A stretch of DNA of 62,209 bases, filler included. It is 6 parts of 6 records of this genome, joined end to end, with 100 filler letters (N's around TTAATTAATTAA, not from the genome) between each part and the next. Parts side by side here need not be neighbours in the genome. Positions count along the whole stretch, not along the records: positions 36,625 to 57,099 come from SRR31156797_18905; positions 57,200 to 62,209 come from SRR31156797_19048; 4 more parts are not named here. One strand, 5' to 3'. The notes below the pieces were generated by a model. The model worked only from the letters and a program-made list of their open reading frames with translations. It had not been told where the DNA came from and searched no databases. This document shows, in pieces, positions 52,854 through 62,209 of the stretch. Positions within the stretch are counted from its first letter, which is position 1, and every line of letters begins with the position of its first letter. A program made the translations under genes and the position numbers.

Positions 52854-55800
52854 ATGAGTGATTTCATCCTGATAGTCGAAGACAGCCCCACCCAGGCTGC
52901 AAGTATAACTTATTTCCTAGAGGAGCATGGTTACAACGTCGTGAGGGCGGCTAACGGTGAAGAAGGGCTCGCTGTAACGCGTAAGGTTAAGCCGGCCCTC
53001 ATCATCAGCGATATCGTCATGCCGGTGATGAATGGCTATGATATGTGCCGGGCGCTCAAGCATGACCATGAGTTCAAAGATGTTCCGGTCATACTTCTTA
53101 CGTCCCTGATCGACACCGACGATATTCTTCAGGGTCTCCGTTCCGAGGCGGACTACTATATCACCAAGCCGTACAATGAAGACTATCTCCTGTCCAAGAT
53201 CCGTAATATTTTTTCAGGTTCCGCCGGATTGAAATCCGAGGAAAATGGCGACGGCCTGCAGTTGCTTTTATCAGGAAAGCGACATGCTGTCACTTCGAAT
53301 AGACAACAGGTTCTGCGTTTTCTCTTTTCCACATACGAAAACGCAATTCAGCAGAACCGCGACCTGATAAAGGCTCAGAATGAACTGCAAACGCTCAACG
53401 ATCAACTCAATATAAACCTGCATGAACTGCAATCTTCGGAAGAAAGGTTCAGAACCCTTGTAGTGACGATTCCGGATATCGTGTATAGAATAGATTCCGA
53501 GGGGCGCTTTATTTTTATTAACGATGCCATAACCAATCTTGGTTATGAACCGGAAGAGCTCATTAGCAGACATTTTTGTGAAATCGTATTGCCTGCCGAT
53601 GTAGAGAATTGCAGTAGCAAATGTGTGTTGCCGAAATATAAAGGCAAAATAACAGGCGACAAGGAAGCGCCGAAACTTTTTGATGAGAGAAGAAACTGGG
53701 ATAGAAAAACAGAAGGTCTAGAAATAAGGTTGTTGGTAAAAGGCGGTAAACAATTGGAATCCGGCTGGCTGGAAACTATCGGCGACGAGGTGGTCGTTGT
53801 TGAGGTAAACAGCGCCGGGACTTACGGGACACGCCCGAATACAGACGGGAAGATGTTTATTGGAACTGTTGGCGTCATAAGGGATATATCCGTCCGAAAG
53901 AGGATGGAAGAAGACCTAAAAAACGCCCATGGCCAACTGGAAATTAAAGTTGCGGAGCGTACCGCAGAGCTTCTAAAGCTGAATAGGATCCTGAAGAAGC
54001 AGATCGTCGAACGAGAGCAGGCCGAAAAGGAGCTCCGTCGGAGTGAGGAGAAATTCAAGACCCTCTTCAACAGCGCCGGCGACGCAATCTTCATTTGTGA
54101 CCTGGAGGGTCGTTTCCTGGAGGTTAATGATGTAACTTACGAACGCCTCGGTTACTCGCGGGAAGAACTCCTCCAGGTGACGCTTAAGGATATCAACGCA
54201 CAGGGATACGATCAAATGGTTCAGGAGCGCTTGGATTGTCTGGCCCGACAAGGATGCCTTTCTTTCGAGACCGCCCATATTGCCAGGGACCAAACGGTCA
54301 TCCCAACTGAAGTAAACTGTCGAATATTTGAATACGAGGGCCGGCCGGCCGTATTATCGGTTGCCCGAGATATTACCGAGCGCAAACAAGCCGAGAAATT
54401 CCTCAGAGAAAGCGAGGAAAGAAATCGCCTGCTATTGGAAAATTCCCCCGATCCGATCGTCGTGTATGACATGACCGGGCAGGTCACCTATCTGAATCCC
54501 GCCTTCGAGAGAGTGTTTGGTTGGTCCCTGGACGAACTTTATGGCCGGCGCACGGAATTTGTTCCAGAAGAGAGTATGGCGGAAACTCAAGAGGCCATAG
54601 CAACCTTGATGACCGGCAAGCCCGTGCTGGGTTTTGTCACAAAACGTCTGACAAAAAAAGGGGACTTACGCGACATTCACGTCAGCGCCTCCGCATTCAG
54701 GGACCATGAGGGCCGCATGACCGGAAGCATTGTTATTCTCCGCGATATAACCGAGGCGAAAATGGCCGAGAGAAAGGTTGTCGAAAGCGAAGAGAAGTTC
54801 CGCAGGCTCGTGGAGACCATGCCCAACGGATTGTCGATTGCTGATGAAAATGAAGTCATCACATTTGTTAACGAGAGGTTTTGCCGGATGGTGGGCTACT
54901 CTGAAAAAGACCTTATAAATCGAAGCATCTATGACCTACTTGATGAGTCAAACCGGGAAGTGCTCCGCAACCAATCCGCCGGCCGCCCGGAAGGAGATTC
55001 GGAATCATACGACCTGATTTTCATCAGGCCTGACGGTCAAAAGGTTCATACCCTTGTCTCGCCCCGGGCTATCAGGGACGACTCTGGGAGATTCATGGGA
55101 ACCCTGGGAGTGATAACAGACATCACCGAACGTAAAAAAATGGAAATACAGCTACAGCAGGCGCAAAAGCTCGAATCCCTGGGAGGCCTGGCCGCGGGCA
55201 TAGCCCATGAAATCAACACGCCTACTCAATACGTGGGCGACAATACGAGATTTCTGGGGAACGCGTTTGAGGACTTTATTAGCATTAACGGGGAATATGA
55301 AGCCTTGGTGCAGGCAATGAAAAACGGCGCCCCGGCCGATGAGATTATCGAGCGGATTGAGACCGCCGTCGAAGAGGTTGACCTTGACTTCCTGAAGTCG
55401 GAAGTCCCCGTGGCTATTGAGCAGACCCTGGAGGGAGTGGGCCGGATATCAAGCATCGTCAAATCCATGAAACAGTTCGCCCATCCCTGCCTGGATGAAA
55501 AATCCTCGATAAATCTGAATCAAGCTATTGAGAGTACGATCACAGTGGCCCGGAACGAGTGGAAGTACGTGTCCGAATTGGCCGTTGATTTTGACGAATC
55601 GCTGCCGCCGGTGACATGTGTAGGCGGGGAATTGAACCAGGTCATTCTGAACCTCATCATAAACGCCTCCCATGCAATCGCGGACGTTGTCGGCGACGGG
55701 GCCAAGGGCAAAGGCCAAATCACGCTCAGCACCAGGCATATTGGAGAATGGGTCGAGATCAGGGTAAGCGATACCGGCGCCGGGATTCCGGAAGAGATCA

Positions 55801-55970
55801 AATCCAGGGTGTTCGATCCGTTTTTCACGACCAAAGCTGTGGGCAAGGGAACGGGGCAAGGTCTGGCTATAGCCTATTCGGTGATTGTGGACAAGCATGG
55901 TGGAATTCTCGAATTTGAGACCGAGAAAAATGTTGGAACCACTTTCATCGTTCGTTTGCCTTTATCCTGA
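52854..55970 (+). CDS. Hybrid REC-multi-PAS histidine kinase
   Basis: N-terminal REC (VEDSPTQ, ISDIVMP); four [39 protein letters not shown]. Confidence 0.95.
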   Translation: MSDFILIVEDSPTQAASITYFLEEHGYNVVRAANGEEGLAVTRKVKPALIISDIVMPVMNGYDMCRALKHDHEFKDVPVILLTSLIDTDDILQGLRSEADYYITKPYNEDYLLSKIRNIFSGSAGLKSEENGDGLQLLLSGKRHAVTSNRQQVLRFLFSTYENAIQQNRDLIKAQNELQTLNDQLNINLHELQSSEERFRTLVVTIPDIVYRIDSEGRFIFINDAITNLGYEPEELISRHFCEIVLPADVENCSSKCVLPKYKGKITGDKEAPKLFDERRNWDRKTEGLEIRLLVKGGKQLESGWLETIGDEVVVVEVNSAGTYGTRPNTDGKMFIGTVGVIRDISVRKRMEEDLKNAHGQLEIKVAERTAELLKLNRILKKQIVEREQAEKELRRSEEKFKTLFNSAGDAIFICDLEGRFLEVNDVTYERLGYSREELLQVTLKDINAQGYDQMVQERLDCLARQGCLSFETAHIARDQTVIPTEVNCRIFEYEGRPAVLSVARDITERKQAEKFLRESEERNRLLLENSPDPIVVYDMTGQVTYLNPAFERVFGWSLDELYGRRTEFVPEESMAETQEAIATLMTGKPVLGFVTKRLTKKGDLRDIHVSASAFRDHEGRMTGSIVILRDITEAKMAERKVVESEEKFRRLVETMPNGLSIADENEVITFVNERFCRMVGYSEKDLINRSIYDLLDESNREVLRNQSAGRPEGDSESYDLIFIRPDGQKVHTLVSPRAIRDDSGRFMGTLGVITDITERKKMEIQLQQAQKLESLGGLAAGIAHEINTPTQYVGDNTRFLGNAFEDFISINGEYEALVQAMKNGAPADEIIERIETAVEEVDLDFLKSEVPVAIEQTLEGVGRISSIVKSMKQFAHPCLDEKSSINLNQAIESTITVARNEWKYVSELAVDFDESLPPVTCVGGELNQVILNLIINASHAIADVVGDGAKGKGQITLSTRHIGEWVEIRVSDTGAGIPEEIKSRVFDPFFTTKAVGKGTGQGLAIAYSVIVDKHGGILEFETEKNVGTTFIVRLPLS

Positions 55971-56025
55971 ATACTATAAAACGTTGGCCCATCGGCCCAA
56001 CTAAAGGTTTCTGGAGGCTTGTCCA

Positions 56026-56397
56026 ATGCCTAAAAAGAAGATATTGATCGTCGACGATGAAGAACATATCCGTGTTCTATACTCAGAGGAACTGACCGAC
56101 CTGGGGTATGAGGTAATTGCCTCGGGTAGCGGTTATAAGCTCTTGGACAAGATTAGAGAGGAAAAACCCAATCTGATTGTTTTGGACATTAAAATGCCCC
56201 CCTACGACGGCCTGGAACTCCTGCAGGATATCCGCAACAAATATTACAGTCTTCCTATCATTTTATGTACTGCCTACGATACGTACAAAGAGGACATGAA
56301 ATCCATCGCGGCCGATAGCTACGTTATCAAGTCCTTTAACCTGACTGAACTCAAAAGTCGTATAGCCAGGGCCCTGGAAACGAGAATACCGGATTAA
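56026..56397 (+). CDS. Single-domain response regulator
   Basis: IVDDEE, LDIKMP, LCTAY, YVIKS; GGAGG RBS. Confidence 0.92.
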   Translation: MPKKKILIVDDEEHIRVLYSEELTDLGYEVIASGSGYKLLDKIREEKPNLIVLDIKMPPYDGLELLQDIRNKYYSLPIILCTAYDTYKEDMKSIAADSYVIKSFNLTELKSRIARALETRIPD

Positions 56398-56466
56398 CAG
56401 ATGATTGTTTGATAAGCCTTCAAATTTGGAAAGCAAATCAAAATCGTTTTCCCAAGGATTGCCTTG

Positions 56467-56740
56467 GCTTGCTGTTATAGAAGGGGGCTGCTTGATAAAT
56501 ACCTGATTTCCCGGAACATCAAAGGATTATCCTCATGTCTGGAAATTAAAAGCCCAATCATTCCGGATATCTTTTCAATGTTACGACGTTTTGGCAATTT
56601 TCTCCCACCCCTATCAGGTATCTCGAAGTATAAAATAGGTGTAAACCCTAATACCAAGGTCCATATTCATAGGATATTCTTTTGATCAGGAGTTTCTGTT
56701 TTGCCGTCTGCAATTTAAGCGTCTAAGGTTTCCGACCATA
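56467..56740 (+). repeat. Diverged direct repeat, copy 2, with remnant of regulator 3' end
   Basis: Aligns with 39996-40269; LAVIEGGCLINT* corresponds to LAIKEGISSIDS*. Confidence 0.88.
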
Positions 56741-56905
56741 ACATAATGAATGATATTGCCAAAAAGCGCTTCGCCAACCATATGGTGATATCAGGAAAAA
56801 ACTGATACTTCCTTCTAAAGCTGGCCTTGATGCTCCAAAAACTAAAGAAATCCCAAAAGAGGCGTTTTCGCTGATTTGACCCATTCAAGGGGCGGTAGGG
56901 GCGGT

Positions 56906-57099
56906 ATGGAAGCCAGAGAATATTCAGCCCATCGATATATTGTTGTAATAAGCAGTATTTTTATCCTGCTAGGACTCTATTGGGCCAGCCTTTACAATTA
57001 TCTGCTTTTCCATTCTTTAGTCGAAGGATTCAGTATAATCGTCGCCTGCGGCATTTTCATTGTTGCCTGGAACACCCGCGGGTTGTCGGATAACAGCTT
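56906..57099 (+). CDS. MASE3 membrane-sensor domain protein (3' truncated)
   Basis: NYLLFHSLVEGFSIIVACGIFIVAWNTR is the MASE3 N-terminal motif. Confidence 0.8.
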
Positions 57100-57199
57100 N
57101 NNNNNNNNNNNNNNNNNNNNNNNNNNNNNNNNNNNNNNNNNNNTTAATTAATTAANNNNNNNNNNNNNNNNNNNNNNNNNNNNNNNNNNNNNNNNNNNN
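57100..57199. other. Artificial contig spacer
   Basis: Same linker. Confidence 0.99.
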
Positions 57200-57412
57200 T
57201 TAATTCGCCCCAAGGGGCGGAGAATTAAATTCAATCACGATTAAATTTTGGTCATAGAAACAACTATATTATTCTATGAAACTGGTAATTTCCTTTATGA
57301 AATTCTAAAAAAATAAAACTGTATAGTTATTCCTGTAATAAAATACTGTTAAAAGAGAAAAAATTAACAGTAAAATTTACTTATTCTCGAAAAAAAGATG
57401 TGAAAAAGCAAT

Positions 57413-57444
57413 AAAAAAACACCTCGAAAAAGCGAGGTGTTTTT
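57413..57444 (-). terminator. Rho-independent terminator of the flavodiiron gene (possibly bidirectional)
   Basis: AAAAACACCTCG-AAAAAG-CGAGGTGTTTTT. Confidence 0.85.
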
Positions 57445-57462
57445 AGATAAATTAGTTATAAA

Positions 57463-60066
57463 TTAAAATACTTTTTTAGTTAACTTTGCCATTGGAGAGT
57501 CGTTTTTGATACCGTTAATTAATGCACCTGCTGCATTAACTTCCCCGACTAATACTCCACCGACAAATTTTGATTTATAGAAGTACATTTTTTTGTATAC
57601 TCCGTTTTCATTATCATTATATTCACTGATTTGATATGTTTTATCAGGATCATTTCCTATATCTCCGATTGAGAAGATATCCATATCAAGTCCTGTAAAT
57701 GTAACAGGTTGTGTCTCTTGCTTAAATGTAGCATCATCTTCAGCTGCATTTGCACCTGCGATAACTCCCTGCTCCAGAGCTGTCTTCCATAGACCTTGTA
57801 CGATCCCCTCATACTCAGCTACATCTCCACAAGCATAAACATCTGCAACATTAGTTTCCATTTTATCATTTACTACGATACCTCTGTTTGTTACGATTCC
57901 TGCTCTTTCAGCCAGTTCTTTGTTACAAGCTATTCCTGCACTGATTATTACTATATCTGCTGCAAGAGATTTGTTGTTATCAAGCTCTACGCCGCTAACT
58001 TTACCATCTCCGTTGATTTTTTTAACGAAGTGATTTTTATATACCGTGATGCCTTTATCTCTTAATCTCTCTTCGATTAATTTAGAACCCTCTTCATCTA
58101 ACTGTCTAGGGAAGATTCTAGCTTCTTTTTCTACTACACTTACTTCTAAGCCAAGACCATGTAGTTCGGTAGCTACTTCAAGTCCCAGAACTCCACCACC
58201 GATTACGATAGCTTTTTTAGCTTCTTTAGTATACTCTTTGATTCTGTTAGCATCATGCACACCTCTTAAAGTGAAGCATCCGGCATGTTCTACTCCCAGT
58301 ATTCTAGGGACATTTGCTCTACTTCCAGTTGCCAGGATTAGTTTATCATATGCTCTTAGCTCTCCGTTACCTAGGAGAATCTCTTTTGAATTAGTATCTA
58401 TTTTATCAACTAAAGTATTTAGAGTTAATTTTACATTGTTAGTTTCATACCAGTCGTGAGTTTTTAAGTAGAAATCATCATCGATGATATCTTCAGACAG
58501 ATAGTCGGAAATAGCCGGTCTGTAATATGGCTTGTCAGATGCCTTCGATAGTAGTTCAATATCAGCATTTTTATTTCTAGCTCTATAAGCTTCTGCTGCA
58601 GATAGTGCCGCCGCTCCACTTCCAAGGATAATAACTTTGTCAGCACTTTCTGATGTGATTGCTGGAGCTGCACTTGCTTCTACCATTTCGAATAACTCTT
58701 GGCCAACTCCACATACAGGACAGATTCTAGGAGGGTATACACCTTCGATGATCTCTCCACATACTACACATCTCCATTGTTGAACCTCTCCGCTTGGATT
58801 AAGATCAGCTATTGCATCACTTTCATATCCTTCTCTAGGAGGAACTTTACCACTTAATACATACTCAGCGAATTTTTTACCATACTCCACTGCATTTTCT
58901 ATCTCTTTATCTGATGGTTTGAACTTAACTCTATATCCTTCCGGTACCAACATTCTTACTTGATCTAATCTAGAGATGATATTTGGTACACCCTCTCCAC
59001 TCCATCCGTATGATCCGAATGATGAAGCAACTTTACCACCATGAACGATCCCGTTAAGTGATACAGCAATGTCCCATATTGGAGGAAGAGCATCACCATT
59101 AATAGTAGATGTTCCTAATAGTATTGCGTCAGCCCAGTAGATTTCATTCATAATTTCCTGTTTAAGACCGCCGTAGTTTGCTATATTCAGGTTATATGAT
59201 TTAATTACGAAATCCCCTGATTCATTAATACCTTTTATAATATTTTGAGCTAATTCCTCTGTATATCCATATGCTGATACGTATGGTACAACTATAGTTT
59301 TTTTCTTGTTAGGATTTTCCTCTATAGACCATTTTTTGTATGTCTCGATAATTTGCTGAGGATTCTCATCAAGTACCGGACCATGCCCAGGTAGTACCAT
59401 CTCAATATCAAAGTCTTTAATCTTATCAATTGCTTCTAATACGAAACCTTTGAACGGACCAAATATAGCTGTATAGTAGTATAGTAAAGCTGATTCATAG
59501 TCTTTCATCTGTTCATCTGACATTTTAGAAAAAAGAACTTCATCAAAACTATAGTGAGATCCAAATGAATCACATGTAACTAATACTCTATCCTCAGGTA
59601 TATATGTATAAATTGAATCAGGCCAGTGTAAGAACGGCGCTGATATGAATTTTAGTGTTTTATTTCCTAAATTAATAGTATCACCATGCTCAACAACTAT
59701 GCTATCGATCTCTCTGTTAGCTATATCAGCTAGGAAATCAATTGCTGCTTGTGAACCAACCACCTTTGCGTGTGGTGCCAGATCAAGTAACATCTCTACA
59801 GAACCTGCATGATCAGGCTCAGTGTGATCTACAACTATATAATCAATTTTTGCTGGATCATCTATGATCTCTTTTAATTTTTCTACGTATTCATCAAAGC
59901 ATTTAGCCTTAACAGTTTCAAAAACTGCTATTTTCTCTGAACCTTTTACAACATAAGAGTTATAAGTAGTTCCAAATTGTGTCTGCATAATAATATCGAA
60001 AATTCTCAAATCGGGATCTAAAGAACCAACCCAGTGTATGTCTTTTTTTAATTCAAGTGATTTCAT
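57463..60066 (-). CDS. Class F flavodiiron protein (MBL-flavodoxin-rubredoxin-NADH:rubredoxin oxidoreductase fusion)
   Basis: HTEPDH, HWPD, CDSFG, PGHG di-iron ligands; SAYGYT and FGSYGWSG flavodoxin; CVVCG..CPVCG; GSGAAA, ATGS, GGGVLGLE, ACGD. Confidence 0.93.
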   Translation of the reverse strand: MKSLELKKDIHWVGSLDPDLRIFDIIMQTQFGTTYNSYVVKGSEKIAVFETVKAKCFDEYVEKLKEIIDDPAKIDYIVVDHTEPDHAGSVEMLLDLAPHAKVVGSQAAIDFLADIANREIDSIVVEHGDTINLGNKTLKFISAPFLHWPDSIYTYIPEDRVLVTCDSFGSHYSFDEVLFSKMSDEQMKDYESALLYYYTAIFGPFKGFVLEAIDKIKDFDIEMVLPGHGPVLDENPQQIIETYKKWSIEENPNKKKTIVVPYVSAYGYTEELAQNIIKGINESGDFVIKSYNLNIANYGGLKQEIMNEIYWADAILLGTSTINGDALPPIWDIAVSLNGIVHGGKVASSFGSYGWSGEGVPNIISRLDQVRMLVPEGYRVKFKPSDKEIENAVEYGKKFAEYVLSGKVPPREGYESDAIADLNPSGEVQQWRCVVCGEIIEGVYPPRICPVCGVGQELFEMVEASAAPAITSESADKVIILGSGAAALSAAEAYRARNKNADIELLSKASDKPYYRPAISDYLSEDIIDDDFYLKTHDWYETNNVKLTLNTLVDKIDTNSKEILLGNGELRAYDKLILATGSRANVPRILGVEHAGCFTLRGVHDANRIKEYTKEAKKAIVIGGGVLGLEVATELHGLGLEVSVVEKEARIFPRQLDEEGSKLIEERLRDKGITVYKNHFVKKINGDGKVSGVELDNNKSLAADIVIISAGIACNKELAERAGIVTNRGIVVNDKMETNVADVYACGDVAEYEGIVQGLWKTALEQGVIAGANAAEDDATFKQETQPVTFTGLDMDIFSIGDIGNDPDKTYQISEYNDNENGVYKKMYFYKSKFVGGVLVGEVNAAGALINGIKNDSPMAKLTKKVF

Positions 60067-60139
60067 GATACTCCTCCCTAAGTTAGACTTTTTTGCTTCT
60101 CAAGTCTTTGTTCAATTTTTAACTAAATTACTCAATAAT

Positions 60140-60168
60140 GTTATACCATTTAAATCTACCCTTGTCAA
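60140..60168 (-). promoter_or_regulatory. Sigma-A promoter of the flavodiiron gene
   Basis: Minus strand TTGACA-N17-TATAAC with extended -10 TG; AGGAGG RBS downstream. Confidence 0.75.
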
Positions 60169-60411
60169 TGATATTTTTTCACAATTGTAATCATAACAAA
60201 TTAGATAAATACATCTCAAACACTTATTTTATTCAAAAATAATTCAAAATCACCTCTTTTAAATTTTATAAAATTTAAGCAATTTATAATCACTATCAAA
60301 AAGCTAAGGAATCTATATATTAATGAAGTATAATTTATAAGGAGTAAAGAGTAAATGGGACTATATAGTATATTTTGGGATAAAAAACTAAAATAAGGGA
60401 GTGAGTTAAAA

Positions 60412-62136
60412 ATGAAAGTATCTGCTAAACTGTGGTCACTATTGATAACAATTACTATTGCATTATTGCTTTTACTATCTTTGTTCATATTGAGGACCAC
60501 ATATATTAATAGAACAAGTAAAAAAGTATTGTTTGATGAGGCATTTGTGTCAATGGCAAAAATAATCAATGCAGACAGGGACTTCTATCAGGCATTGGTA
60601 GCAGAACAAAGGCTGATATATGATGGTGATAATATTTCAGCAAGTGAGAAATCGGATCTAAAGGGTAGTTTCGATGAAAATTCTCAACAAACAATTGACA
60701 GAATAAGTGATGCAGTTGATAATCTGGCAAAGAACCCTTTAATTTATACTGTTCCTATTCATGAAGCAAGTAATCAAACTTTTAAAGAATCCGGAGAAAA
60801 TTTTGCTAAATATTTCGAGCAATGGAAAAATGCATATAATATAAACTCATTATCCGGTAACTACAACGATAGATCAAAATACTTTGATATGGCAAGAGAT
60901 CAAATAGATATAATGACAGAATTAATAGAGCAGTTTGGTCAAAGTGAAGCTGAAAGACTCAGAAGAGAAAATATAAGAAGTATAACAACGATATCACTTC
61001 TATTAGGGATTATTATCATTGGAATATTTGTATTTGCAGTAATAACTTTTAATTATTTCAAAAACAGCCTAAAACTAATCACAAATGATATGGCGGAATT
61101 AGCTGATAAAAATTTATTAGTTAATATAGATGAAAAAAGATTACGATTAGGAGATGAGTTCGGATCATTAAGTAATTCATTAAATAATGTAATAATCTCA
61201 TTTAGAGAGATAATAGAAAAAGTTAGTGTTGATATGGGGCACCTAAAAGAATCATCTCTTGAAATGAAAGATGATTCGAAAAACATGAATACATCTGCAT
61301 CTGATATAAATGTAGTTATCAAAGAGATCGCTCAGGGAGCTTATGCACAGGCAAATGATACAGAGGAGATGGCTGAAAATATTACTGAATTGAGTGAAGG
61401 TATTGAGAAAAATATCAAAAGTACGGAGAATTTGACAGTGGCAAGTGACGAAATAGATCGAACAGCCGGTGAAGGATTAGAAGTAATAACAAATTTATCC
61501 AAAATATCAAAAGACAATAAAGAAGCATTTAATTCGATATTCAAACTAATAAGCACAACCAGTGAAAGTACAACTAAAATCGGAGAAGCAAGTAGCCTGA
61601 TCTCCAGTATCGCTGAGCAAACTAATTTATTAGCATTAAATGCAGCGATTGAAGCAGCCAGAGCAGGTGACGCAGGTAGAGGATTTGCCGTAGTAGCAGA
61701 TGAGATCAGAAAATTAGCTGAACAATCAGCCAGTTCTACATCAATAATTGATAATATGCTGAGAGAGCTTCAAGGTAATATCTCGCAAGTTAATAAACAA
61801 AGTGAAACAATCAAAGAGTTAGTAGATTTACAACTTAATAATGTTAATTCGACTAAAGAAAAATATGATTCAATATTTGAAGTACTCAAATTAATAAATA
61901 ATGAAATAATATCATTAAAAGATACTGCTGAAATAATAAATTCAATGAAAAATAATGTAATGGGCGGTGTTCAGGGCTTATCAGCAAAATCAGAAGAGTT
62001 TGCGTCAAGTACAGAGGAAACATCTGCAACAACAGGGGAGTTAGCTAATTCTGTTAAAAATATCGAAAAAGTAAGTAATGTGATAGATCAAATGGTTACA
62101 AGCTTAAGTGAATTAATAGAAGATTTCAAATTATAA
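60412..62136 (+). CDS. Methyl-accepting chemotaxis protein (Bacillota type)
   Basis: Two TMs; helical sensor ([10 protein letters not shown]); [37 protein letters not shown]. Confidence 0.95.
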   Translation: MKVSAKLWSLLITITIALLLLLSLFILRTTYINRTSKKVLFDEAFVSMAKIINADRDFYQALVAEQRLIYDGDNISASEKSDLKGSFDENSQQTIDRISDAVDNLAKNPLIYTVPIHEASNQTFKESGENFAKYFEQWKNAYNINSLSGNYNDRSKYFDMARDQIDIMTELIEQFGQSEAERLRRENIRSITTISLLLGIIIIGIFVFAVITFNYFKNSLKLITNDMAELADKNLLVNIDEKRLRLGDEFGSLSNSLNNVIISFREIIEKVSVDMGHLKESSLEMKDDSKNMNTSASDINVVIKEIAQGAYAQANDTEEMAENITELSEGIEKNIKSTENLTVASDEIDRTAGEGLEVITNLSKISKDNKEAFNSIFKLISTTSESTTKIGEASSLISSIAEQTNLLALNAAIEAARAGDAGRGFAVVADEIRKLAEQSASSTSIIDNMLRELQGNISQVNKQSETIKELVDLQLNNVNSTKEKYDSIFEVLKLINNEIISLKDTAEIINSMKNNVMGGVQGLSAKSEEFASSTEETSATTGELANSVKNIEKVSNVIDQMVTSLSELIEDFKL

Positions 62137-62171
62137 TAGTGTGCATAAATTTTCGAACAATTTGAAAATAT

Positions 62172-62201
62172 AAAAACTATAAGGGCAGGGTCTTCCTGCC
62201 C
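62172..62201 (-). terminator. Hairpin after the MCP, U-rich on the minus strand
   Basis: GGGCAGG-GTCTT-CCTGCCC. Confidence 0.5.
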
Positions 62202-62209
62202 AGAGTGAA

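Noticed and set aside
9510..57155. Recurrent TTAATTAATTAA as a biological repeat or CRISPR-like array
   Set aside because: Always centred in N runs of fixed length; an artificial linker

Overview
This window is not one locus. It is six unrelated contig fragments joined by 100-bp artificial spacers (44 N + TTAATTAATTAA + 44 N) at 9466-9565, 17778-17877, 24504-24603, 36525-36624 and 57100-57199. Taxonomic labels are inferred from composition, promoter style and gene content. (1) 1-9465, Desulfobacterota-like: MCP end, orphan solute-binding protein, purA, a Tat-less reductive-dehalogenase-like Fe-S protein, a PAS kinase/sigma54 regulator pair, mdh and the end of frdB. (2) 9566-17777, AT-rich Campylobacterota-like: tkt end, tpx, a vWA/DUF2201 protein, a 1042-aa DUF1566 + arylsulfotransferase-like lipoprotein and an OmpR-type two-component system. 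(3) 17878-24503, Bacteroidota-like: queA, an AlgE-like porin divergent from a Crp/Fnr regulator, pssA, a PspC-like protein and sufCD. (4) 24604-36524, Campylobacterota-like: pstS, a CBS protein, pepD, ispG-CZB/GGDEF-CheY-like, cvpA-lysS-hicAB-glyA, a SPOR protein and a trpE-like gene. (5) 36625-57099, Desulfobacterota-like: a secreted repeat protein ending GGGG-CFISSILE, a NarL-type regulator and a complete Wsp/ACF-like chemosensory operon. (6) 57200-62209, Clostridia-like: a class F flavodiiron fusion and an MCP. The best candidate for an undescribed system is the segment-5 operon. It has a kinase rather than a cyclase output, contains a Tat-exported NrtA/CmpA-like binding protein with no transporter, and is bracketed by a diverged ~270-bp direct repeat made of the regulator 3' end plus promoter. 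No CRISPR array, rRNA, tRNA or transposase was recognised.
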